Origin: Spirochaetia bacterium
GTDB taxonomy: Bacteria > Spirochaetota > Spirochaetia > SZUA-6 > Bin103
Reading direction: 5' to 3'
NCBI GenBank assembly: GCA_965203055.1
Contig: OZ241863.1
Location: 1,632,001-1,696,000 of the forward strand
Length of the DNA stretch: 64,000 nucleotides
Position numbers and translations under genes: made by a program. This document shows positions 9,277 through 17,157 of the stretch, in pieces. A model generated the notes under the pieces. The model was not told the DNA's origin, ran no database searches, and saw only the letters and a list, made by a program, of their open reading frames with translations. Numbering within the stretch: position 1 is the first letter of the stretch; each line of letters starts with the position of its first letter.

Positions 9277-10502
9277 GCTCGATCTCCTTCGTCCGGCGGC
9301 GCCACGCCCAGTTGGCGCCAACGCTCGCTCAGGTCCACCACGCCGCCTTCCCGCCGCGCCTCCTCGATGGCCAGGGCGGTGACGCTGGCCACCAGTCCGG
9401 CGCGCCCGCCGGCCGGCAGCGGTCCATCCTCCAGCAGCGCCGCCAGGCAGGCGGCGAGATGCGGCTCGTCACCGCCGCCATGCTGGCTGGCGTTGCCCAC
9501 CTCGGTGCGTTCCCAGTGGCTGCCGCCGAAATCCCGCGTCCAGGTTACCGGGGCGAACTGGAACCGGCCCCAGTACAGGTCGCCCTCCATGCAGCCGGCG
9601 GCGCCGGCCAGGTACAACCGCCGGCTCGGCATGCCGCAGTTCTGGTTCGAGTGGAAGGTGGCGCGCACCCCGTTTTCATATTCGATGATCGCCACCTGGT
9701 GATCGACGATGTCCTTCTCCGAGTTGAAGCAGCACAGATCCAGCGCGCGCCCGCGGTTCAACTCCAGCGCCGCGCGCGTGGCCGGCTTCGGCGGCGGCTC
9801 CTCCAGGTGCAGGCGATGGGCGCAATCCAGGCCGCAATCGCGGCAGTAGCGCGGCGCCTCGGGGCGCGGCGTGAACACCGAACGGCCGCCGAACGACGCG
9901 ACGCGGCGCGGCAGCGCGCCGGCGAACCAGGTGAGGATGTCCAGGTCGTGGCAGCACTTCTCCAGAAGATAGCCGCCGGTGAACCGGTCGAACCGGCGCC
10001 AGTCACGGTGGAAGAACGCCCCCTGCGCGGCGCCCAGATTCTCGTTCGCCTCCATGCTCACCAGGCGCCCCAGGTCGCCGCGGTCGAGGCGGCGCTTCAT
10101 CTCCCGGTAGAACGGCGCGTAGCGCAGCACGAAGCCGATGAGCAGATGGCGCTCGGCGGCCCGCGCCGCCTCCCAGATCGCCTGGCAGTCGGCCACCGTG
10201 GTGGCCATCGGCTTTTCGCAGAACACGTGCTTGCCATGCTCGAACGCGGCCACCGCCGGCGCCCGATGGAGGTGGTCGGGCGAGCACACCAGCACCAGCT
10301 CCACGTCGTCACGCCGCACCACCTCATGGTAATCGGCCGCAACGCGGGCGCGCGGCGCCAACTCAGCCCGCACCCGCTCGGCGCTGCCCGGAGCGGGATC
10401 GTACAGCGCCGTTATCCGCGTCCGGCCGAGCGCCTGCAACTGCTCCAGGAGGCGCCGGCCGCGCGCTCCGCAGCCCACCACGCCGACCCCCAGCGCCCTC
10501 AC
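9273..10502 (-). CDS. Gfo/Idh/MocA family oxidoreductase
   Basis: GVVGCGARG, CSPDHLH, GKHVFCEKP, LLEKCCHDLD; start uncertain (GTG 10502 or ATG further upstream). Confidence 0.9.
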   Translation of the reverse strand: MRALGVGVVGCGARGRRLLEQLQALGRTRITALYDPAPGSAERVRAELAPRARVAADYHEVVRRDDVELVLVCSPDHLHRAPAVAAFEHGKHVFCEKPMATTVADCQAIWEAARAAERHLLIGFVLRYAPFYREMKRRLDRGDLGRLVSMEANENLGAAQGAFFHRDWRRFDRFTGGYLLEKCCHDLDILTWFAGALPRRVASFGGRSVFTPRPEAPRYCRDCGLDCAHRLHLEEPPPKPATRAALELNRGRALDLCCFNSEKDIVDHQVAIIEYENGVRATFHSNQNCGMPSRRLYLAGAAGCMEGDLYWGRFQFAPVTWTRDFGGSHWERTEVGNASQHGGGDEPHLAACLAALLEDGPLPAGGRAGLVASVTALAIEEARREGGVVDLSERWRQLGVAPPDEGDRA

Positions 10503-10723
10503 CGCGCGCCCCCGCCGGCGCGCCCCTGCTGCCGGGGCCGGCGCGGCGCGCCCGCCATCGCCGCGGCCCTGCCCGGCCGCTCCGCCGGCGCGCGGCATCC
10601 CGCTGGTGGCGCTTTGCTCACGGCGGCTATTGTAGCCGGCCCGGCGCCGGACGGCCATCTAGCCGCCGCAACGCAACGGAGCGAGCGGCAACGCGGCCCG
10701 TTGCGGCGTGCGTGACCGCCATC

Positions 10724-10752
10724 TCGCCGCGCGCGGCCCGATCATATAGACT
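10724..10752 (+). promoter_or_regulatory. Sigma70-like promoter for the VOC gene (leaderless-type)
   Basis: TCGCCG-17 nt-TAGACT, 6 nt before ATG 10759. Confidence 0.5.
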
Positions 10753-10758
10753 GGCATC

Positions 10759-11121
10759 ATGATCGGCGAGTTGCACAAGGCGGCAGTGGTGACGGAAAGC
10801 GTCGCGGCCGCCGAGCGGTTCTATACCGAAGTGCTCGGCCTCGAGGTGAGTGAGCGGATTCCGAGCGGCAGCGGCGAGGACTACGTAATGCTGCGGGCCG
10901 GGCGCACCCTGCTGGAATTGATGCCGCAAGCGGCAATGGGAACGGCGCCGGGGTTCCATCACCTGTCATTCAGGGTGGCGGACGTGGATGCCGCGGCCGC
11001 CTCCCTCACGGCGCAGGGCGTAGCCATGGAGAAGGAGCCGTTCGACGCGGAAGCGGGACTGCGGCTGGCGTTCTTCCGCGGGCCCGACGGCGTCCTGCTG
11101 CAACTCTTTCAACGCGGTTGA
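10759..11121 (+). CDS. VOC/glyoxalase family protein
   Basis: AAERFYTEVLGL, HHLSFRVADVD, AFFRGPDGVLLQL. Confidence 0.88.
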   Translation: MIGELHKAAVVTESVAAAERFYTEVLGLEVSERIPSGSGEDYVMLRAGRTLLELMPQAAMGTAPGFHHLSFRVADVDAAAASLTAQGVAMEKEPFDAEAGLRLAFFRGPDGVLLQLFQRG

Positions 11122-11167
11122 TGCGCCGCGGTCAGACGACGTCCCGCGCACAGGAGGACTACCCGGC

Positions 11168-11938
11168 ATGGCACAGTTGACCATTACCTTTCTCGGCCAC
11201 GCGTCGTTTCGCTTCGAGTCGGAACAGGGCAGCGTGAGCTACTTCGACCCGTGGCTCGACGACAATCCCACCGCCAAGTTGACCCGCGCCGAAGTGGACC
11301 GCGCGGACCTCGTGCTCTGCACCCATGGTCACGTCGATCACCTCGGCGACTGCTTCGAGCTCTGCCGGCGCACCGAGGCCGCCTTCGTCGGGCACTACGA
11401 GCTGTGCGACGCGGCGGCGCGGGCCGGGGTGCCGGGCGCGGCGCTGCGGCCCCTCAATCCCGGCGGCTCAGTGGCCGTCAAGGACGTGGCGATCACCATG
11501 ACCCAGGCGCACCACTCCCATTCGCTGTCGGACCACGTGCTGCCGCATCCGCTGCCGGAGGGGGTGATCTACCACGCCGGCGGCGCCGCGGCCGGCTTCG
11601 TCATGAGCTACGACAATGGGGTCACGGTATACAACTCCGGCGACACCTGCCTGTTCGGCGACATGCAGCTCATCAGTCAGATGTACGGGCCGCAGGTAGC
11701 GATTCTCCCGGTGGGCGGCAAGTTCACGATGGGGGTACGCGAAGGGGCGCGCGCCGCCAGCCTGATACGCGCCGACCTGGTGATTCCCTGCCACTACGGG
11801 GAAGCGCTCGGGCAGCCGGCCGACATTGCGGAGCTTTCCCGCCAAGTGGAGTTCCTCAGTCCCGGGACCGCAGTGGTACCGCTGGAGACGGGCCAGTCGG
11901 TGGTCTACACCGCCAGTTCCTACGAAGTGCGCGGGTGA
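11168..11938 (+). CDS. Metal-dependent hydrolase, metallo-beta-lactamase fold (UPF0173-like)
   Basis: FLGHASF, THGHVDH, NSGDT, LPVGGKFTMG, IPCHY; GGAGG RBS. Confidence 0.88.
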   Translation: MAQLTITFLGHASFRFESEQGSVSYFDPWLDDNPTAKLTRAEVDRADLVLCTHGHVDHLGDCFELCRRTEAAFVGHYELCDAAARAGVPGAALRPLNPGGSVAVKDVAITMTQAHHSHSLSDHVLPHPLPEGVIYHAGGAAAGFVMSYDNGVTVYNSGDTCLFGDMQLISQMYGPQVAILPVGGKFTMGVREGARAASLIRADLVIPCHYGEALGQPADIAELSRQVEFLSPGTAVVPLETGQSVVYTASSYEVRG

Positions 11939-12666
11939 CTCGCCTGCCGCCGGTGTCGGGTCCGCGGCGGCGGCGGCGACGATGCCGGCGGCAGCTCCGG
12001 CGCGCCGCGGCCGCCGCGGCGCTGCTGCTGCCTGCCGCGGCAGGGGCGGACGACGGCGAGCGCTTTTCGTTTACCGCCGACCGCATGGAGACGGTACTGG
12101 CCGAGGGCCGGGAGCGCACGCTGCTGACCGGCAACGTCACGCTGGTCGCGGATGACTTCGAGATCACCGCCGAGCGGATCGAACTGTACGGCGACGAGCT
12201 GAACTTCGCTCTCTCCGAGGGCGGCGTGCGGGTGGTCCAGACCGAGGCCGGCGTGGAGCTGGTCAGCGACGAGCTGCTGTTCGACCGGCGCAACCGCGTG
12301 GTGCGGATCGAGGGTGAGGCGTTGTTGATCGACCATGAGAACGAAATGGTGATCAAGGGCGGGTTTCTGGAGCACTGGGAGCGGCGCGACGAAACGCTGA
12401 TTCAGATCGGCGTACGGATCCTCAGCGATGATCTGGTGGCGCGCGCCCAGTTCGTGCGCTACGACCGGGAGGACCGGACGGTGACCCTGAGCGGGCTGCC
12501 GGTAGCTGCCTGGAAGGGTGACGAGTACCGGGCCGCGCGCATCTTCATCGACCTCGACGACGACCGGGTGGTGCTCGACGGAGCGGTAAGCGGGGAGCTC
12601 AGCACCGCCGCGGAGGAGGAGCCGGCGGCCGGGGCCGCGGCGGACGCCGGCGAGGCGGCCCCATGA
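11935..12666 (+). CDS. lptA: LptA/OstA family protein
   Basis: GTGA overlap start; signal-like N-terminus, FSFTADRM..TLLTGNV..ITAERIELYG, LSGLP..YRAARIFIDL; precedes lptB. Confidence 0.75.
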   Translation: MTRLPPVSGPRRRRRRCRRQLRRAAAAAALLLPAAAGADDGERFSFTADRMETVLAEGRERTLLTGNVTLVADDFEITAERIELYGDELNFALSEGGVRVVQTEAGVELVSDELLFDRRNRVVRIEGEALLIDHENEMVIKGGFLEHWERRDETLIQIGVRILSDDLVARAQFVRYDREDRTVTLSGLPVAAWKGDEYRAARIFIDLDDDRVVLDGAVSGELSTAAEEEPAAGAAADAGEAAP

Positions 12667-13460
12667 GCGACCCGCAACGGCCGGCGGCCGCGACGGCGGG
12701 CGCCGCAGCGAACGGGGCGGCCGCGGGCGGAGCGTTGCCGACCTTGCGGGCGGAGGGGCTGAACAAGCGGTACGGGCGCAAGTACGCCGCCCGGGACGTG
12801 AACTTCAGCATGCATACCGGTGAAATCGTCGGGCTGCTCGGTCCGAACGGCGCCGGCAAGACCACCGTGTTCTACCTGATCGTGGGCTTCATCCGCCCTA
12901 CTTCGGGACGCATCTACCTGGATGGCTATGACATCACCCGCCTGCCGATGTTTCGCCGCGCCCGGCGCGGCATCTCCTACCTGCCGCAGGAGGCGTCGAT
13001 ATTCCGCAAGCTCACCGTCGAACAGAACGTGCTGGCGGTGCTGGAGACGCAACGCGGACTGGCGCGCCGCGCCCGGCGCCGGCGCTGCGACGAGCTGCTC
13101 GAAGAACTGGGCATGAGCGAACTGCGCCGCCAGCCCGGCTATACCCTCTCCGGCGGCGAGCGGCGCCGCACCGAGATCGCGCGCGCCCTGGCCGCGCAGC
13201 CCAAGTTCCTGCTGCTGGACGAGCCCTTCGCCGGCGTCGACCCGATTGCGGTGCACGAGATCAAGAGCATCGTCAAGCGTCTGGCCGAAGCCGGCATCGG
13301 CGTCCTGATCACCGATCACAACGTGCGCGACACGCTGGAGATCACCCACCGCAGCTACATAATCCGCCTCGGCGAGATCATGGTCAGCGGCACCCTGAGC
13401 GAGTTGATGGGCAACCGGTTGGCGCGCGAATTCTACCTCGGCCCCGACTTCCGCATGTAG
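12663..13460 (+). CDS. lptB: LPS export ABC transporter ATPase LptB
   Basis: GLLGPNGAGKTT, YLPQEASIFRKL, LSGGERRRTEIAR, LLDEPFAGVDP, LITDHNVRDTL. Confidence 0.96.
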   Translation: MSDPQRPAAATAGAAANGAAAGGALPTLRAEGLNKRYGRKYAARDVNFSMHTGEIVGLLGPNGAGKTTVFYLIVGFIRPTSGRIYLDGYDITRLPMFRRARRGISYLPQEASIFRKLTVEQNVLAVLETQRGLARRARRRRCDELLEELGMSELRRQPGYTLSGGERRRTEIARALAAQPKFLLLDEPFAGVDPIAVHEIKSIVKRLAEAGIGVLITDHNVRDTLEITHRSYIIRLGEIMVSGTLSELMGNRLAREFYLGPDFRM

Positions 13461-13512
13461 CCACGAGTAGCCAGGCGCCGCTGCGCCCAAGACATTGTAG
13501 AATATCCTCTCG

Positions 13513-14712
13513 GTGAAGGTTGATATGCAACAATCAATTCCGCGGGCGGCATTGCTCGCGGCCACCGCCGGCGGTCTCTCCGAGGCGCCGGCGGTGGCGC
13601 TGTTGGGGGCGCGGCAGGTGGGCAAGACCACCCTCGCCGAGCAGGCGGCGGCCGCCTGGACCGGGCCGGTGACGCTCTACGACCTGGAAGTGACTGCCAT
13701 GCGGGAGGCGCTGTCGGCAACTCCCGAACGGCTGCTGCGCGGCGCCGAGGGGCTGGTAATCATCGACGAGGTACAGCGGCTGCCGGCGTTGTTCGAGGTG
13801 TTGCGCCCGGTCTGCGACTCCCGGGACCGGAATGCCGTGTTCCTGCTGCTCGGCAGCGCTTCCTGGGATCTGATCAAAGGCGTTTCCGAATCCCTGGCGG
13901 GCCGCATCCTCTTCGTCGACGTTGGCGGCTTCTCGCTGGCCGAAGTGGGCGCGGAGCACCAGGACCGGCTCTGGATGCGCGGCGGGTTTCCGCGCGCCTG
14001 GCTGGCGCCGTCGGCCGCGGCCTGGACGCGCTGGATGCAGTCGTTCACGCGCACCTTCCTGGAGCGCGACATTCCCGGGCTGGGGTCGAAGGTGTCTCCG
14101 AACGCACTGGGCCGCTTCTGGCGGATGTTGGCGCACTACCATGGACAGACCTGGAACGCCGCGGAGCTGGCGCGCTCGATGGACGTGCGCGCCGCGGCGG
14201 TGAATCACTACCGGGACCTGCTGGCCGGCACCTACATGATCCGGGTACTGCCGCCCTGGTTCGAGAACCTGGGCAAGCGGCTGGTCAAGTCGCCCAAGGT
14301 GTTCCTCCGCGACAGCGGCATCCTGCACTTTCTGCTGGGGCTGGAAGAGGCGCAGGAACTGCCGCTGCATCCGCGCTACGGCGCCAGTTGGGAGGGATTC
14401 GCCCTGGAGCAGACGCTCCGCGCCCACGGCGAGCGCGACGCATGGTTCTACGCCACCCAGCGCGGCGCCGAGCTGGACCTGCTGTTGCTGCGCCGCGGCC
14501 GCCGCTGGGGCTTCGAGTTCAAGTGTACCGACGCCCCGCGCACGACCAAGTCGATGCGCACCGTGATCGACGACCTCGGTCTGACGCATCTGTGGGTGCT
14601 CTACCCCGGAGACCAGGAATACCCGCTCAGCGATACCATCACCGCCCTGCCGCTGCGAAAGATCCACGACCTCGAACTGCACCCCGGCGCCGCCCGGCTA
14701 CCGGCGCGTTGA
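13513..14712 (+). CDS. AAA_14 + DUF4143 ATP-binding protein
   Basis: GARQVGKTT, IIDEVQ, LLGSAS, ESLAGRI, RGGFP, KRLVKSPKVFLRDSG, GAELDL..GFEFK. Confidence 0.9.
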   Translation: MKVDMQQSIPRAALLAATAGGLSEAPAVALLGARQVGKTTLAEQAAAAWTGPVTLYDLEVTAMREALSATPERLLRGAEGLVIIDEVQRLPALFEVLRPVCDSRDRNAVFLLLGSASWDLIKGVSESLAGRILFVDVGGFSLAEVGAEHQDRLWMRGGFPRAWLAPSAAAWTRWMQSFTRTFLERDIPGLGSKVSPNALGRFWRMLAHYHGQTWNAAELARSMDVRAAAVNHYRDLLAGTYMIRVLPPWFENLGKRLVKSPKVFLRDSGILHFLLGLEEAQELPLHPRYGASWEGFALEQTLRAHGERDAWFYATQRGAELDLLLLRRGRRWGFEFKCTDAPRTTKSMRTVIDDLGLTHLWVLYPGDQEYPLSDTITALPLRKIHDLELHPGAARLPAR

Positions 14713-14789
14713 ACCATCCCGCCGATGCCTGCCGCACTTCCGATTGTTGGTACCGATCCCGTCCTCGAAGCCGCCGGAAGGCGTCCTAC

Positions 14790-14876
14790 GAGTACCGTGC
14801 CGTGCTCGACGCCTGCGGCTGGAGCGACATTGCCACCGCCCGCGACCTCCTCCTCGACTACGAGATCGACGAGGCC
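14790..14876 (+). pseudogene. Fragment resembling the C-terminal tail of type IIG/IIL RM fusion enzymes
   Basis: Encodes EYRAVLDACGWSDIATARDLLLDYEIDEA with no gene body upstream. Confidence 0.65.
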
Positions 14877-14975
14877 CCTCGGCAGATCGCACCCTTTCGA
14901 CCCCGGCGACATTCTCGGCAGTAGCTTCTGACGGAATGTTCAGCCGCTTGCAAATGCGCCGCCGAGTTACGCCGC

Positions 14976-15893
14976 TTGCGGTTTCTTGTCGGGTGCGGCG
15001 CTGCCGCTCAGACGCAGGAGGGCTCGGCGCCGCCGCGGTCGGCGGAGCGAAAGCCGGCGCCGGAGCCGGTGCTGGACTCGGAGGCGCGGCGGGAGCTGGT
15101 GGAGCAGGCGGCCGGCAAGAGCAGCCGGGAGGTGATGCAGTTGCTGGCCGAGGTGGACCCGGAGCTGGCGGCGCCGGCGGATCGGGTACGGCCTCTGGGC
15201 GGCGGGCGCTGGGAGCTCAAGGCGGTGATCGACGATGAGTGCCGGCGCGGCTTGGAGCGGCTCAAGGGCCTCCTGTCCCACGTCGACCCGCACCTGACGA
15301 TGGGGCAGCTCATGGGGCGGCTGGTGCGGGAAGGGCTCGACCGCCACGACCCGGCCCCGCCGCCGCGCGGGCGGCGCACCGCGCCGGCCAAAGGCGCCGA
15401 GCAAACTTCGGCGGCGAAGACGCAGGCAGCCTCGGCGGCGAAGCAGGAGGCCGGCGCGGACAGCGCCGCTCCTTCGGCGGCGAAGGTATCGGCTCAGGCG
15501 CCGGCGCAGCCGGGAGACGAAGCCGCTGACCACCCGGACACTTCGGCAGCGAAGCCGGCGGGCGACACCACTTCGGCGGCGAAGACGCGGCGCCTCGACC
15601 GGCCGGCTGCGGCAGCGAAGAAGGGCGTGACCGGCCGCGCAATCCCGGCGGCGGTCAAGCGCGAGGTGTGGCGGCGCGACCGGGGCCGCTGCTGCTACGT
15701 GGACCGCGCCAGCGGGCGCCGTTGCGGCTCGCAACACCTGCTGCAGATCGATCACGTCGTGCCGTATGCCCGCGGCGGCGCCGCCGAGCCGAACAATCTC
15801 CGGCTGCTGTGCGCTGCCCATCACCGCTACCGCCACGCCGGCGCCGGATTCGGGCGCCCCGGCGAGGATCGTCAGGCGGCGGTAGACCGGTGA
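14976..15893 (+). CDS. HNH endonuclease, probably 5'-truncated
   Basis: RAIPAAVKREVWRRDRGRCCYVD..GRRCGSQHLLQIDHVVPYARGGAAEPNNLRLLCAAHH; Ala/Pro low-complexity middle; no convincing start. Confidence 0.8.
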   Translation: MRFLVGCGAAAQTQEGSAPPRSAERKPAPEPVLDSEARRELVEQAAGKSSREVMQLLAEVDPELAAPADRVRPLGGGRWELKAVIDDECRRGLERLKGLLSHVDPHLTMGQLMGRLVREGLDRHDPAPPPRGRRTAPAKGAEQTSAAKTQAASAAKQEAGADSAAPSAAKVSAQAPAQPGDEAADHPDTSAAKPAGDTTSAAKTRRLDRPAAAAKKGVTGRAIPAAVKREVWRRDRGRCCYVDRASGRRCGSQHLLQIDHVVPYARGGAAEPNNLRLLCAAHHRYRHAGAGFGRPGEDRQAAVDR

Positions 15894-16186
15894 TCACGAT
15901 CGCCGAGAAACGTAATCTTACTCTGGGACTGGGACTTGGCCGTCAAGCGGCCTGACGCTTACTACATTTGGAAATGCGCCCGGGCGACTTGCGGCGTTGG
16001 CTTGAGGTAGCATGCAATTCATACTGGTCTGCAGTATGGTAGCGACGTATGCAGACGGACAATGACACCCGCGTAGCCCGGACCTCAATCTTGACGCCGC
16101 AGGAAACACGGGCGCACACACTGGATCGTAGATCATCGGTTCAGATCTGTCGCCGACAAAGGTCTACTGAACTTCTGAATAAATCA

Positions 16187-17143
16187 ATGAATGAAAACTA
16201 TCTGGACCGGATCACGATAGGGGATTGCAGGGATCATCTTCCCCTGTTGCAGGATGACAGCGTCGAGCTCTTTCTTTCCGATATTCCGTACGGAATCAGC
16301 CTCGACGATTGGGATGTCCTTCACAACAACACGAATGCCGCGCTGCTCGGACGCTCTCCGGCCCAGGTCGGGAAATCCGGATTCAAGCGGAGAGGGAAGC
16401 CGATCAACGGTTGGTCACGGGCGGACAGGCACATCGGGAGGGAATACGAGGAATGGTGCGGTACGTGGGCGGAGATGATCCTGCCCAAGCTGAAAAGTGG
16501 TGCATCTCTGTTCGTGTTCGGTGCGCGCCGCACGGTGCACCGTATAGTCAATGCCTTTGAAGACTGCGGATTCCTCCTCAAGGATATTCTCGCATGGAAG
16601 AAGGAGTCGGCGCACCATCGCGCGCAGAGATTGAGTATCGTCTTCGAACGCCGCGGGCAGAATGAAATCGCAGCGGCGTGGAGAGGATGGCGAGTCGGAA
16701 ACCTCGCTCCTCTGTATGAGCCGGTTGCATGGTTTATGAAGCCGTACCGAATCGGGGGCACGATCGCTGACAATGTCATTGAAAATGCGGTCGGGGCGAT
16801 GAATTTCGATGCATGTCAAGTCCGCGGCGCCAACCCGACCAACGTGCTGGAGTTCGGATTTCGAAAAGACGAGTGGAAAATACATGAAGCGCAGAAGCCG
16901 CTGCGTCTCATGGAGTTTCTTATCCGACTTACGACCCGGGAGAACCAAACGATTCTCGATCCCTTCATGGGCAGCGGAACGACGGCAGTCGCTGCGCGGC
17001 GTCTGAAGCGGCACTTCATCGGCTTCGAAATGGATCCGAAGTATCATGCTGCGGCAGCGCAGCGGCTCGAGATGGAACTCGGACGCCCGAACGGAGCAGA
17101 AACCCCTCAGTTGCGTCTCGCACTGGCGGAGAATGGAAGCTGA
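16187..17143 (+). CDS. Beta-class adenine DNA methyltransferase, M.HindIII-like
   Basis: LFLSDIPYG (motif IV), FKRRGKPINGWS, HRAQRLSIVFERRG, GWRVGNLAPLYEP, HEAQKPL, LDPFMGSGTT; lower GC than flanks. Confidence 0.9.
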   Translation: MNENYLDRITIGDCRDHLPLLQDDSVELFLSDIPYGISLDDWDVLHNNTNAALLGRSPAQVGKSGFKRRGKPINGWSRADRHIGREYEEWCGTWAEMILPKLKSGASLFVFGARRTVHRIVNAFEDCGFLLKDILAWKKESAHHRAQRLSIVFERRGQNEIAAAWRGWRVGNLAPLYEPVAWFMKPYRIGGTIADNVIENAVGAMNFDACQVRGANPTNVLEFGFRKDEWKIHEAQKPLRLMEFLIRLTTRENQTILDPFMGSGTTAVAARRLKRHFIGFEMDPKYHAAAAQRLEMELGRPNGAETPQLRLALAENGS

Positions 17144-17157
17144 AGTGAGCAAGCGTC

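Larger units (their letters stand above)
14733..15893 (+). repeat. Composite dispersed repeat copy A (leader + RM C-terminal fragment + HNH gene)
   Basis: Begins CGCACTTCCGATTGTTGGTACCGAT; shares blocks with 37933-38825(-) and 53576-54465(+). Confidence 0.85.

Noticed and set aside
14976..15893. IscB/Cas9-like RNA-guided nuclease
   Set aside because: No PLMP or RuvC motifs and no recognisable omega-RNA or array; only a C-terminal HNH domain.
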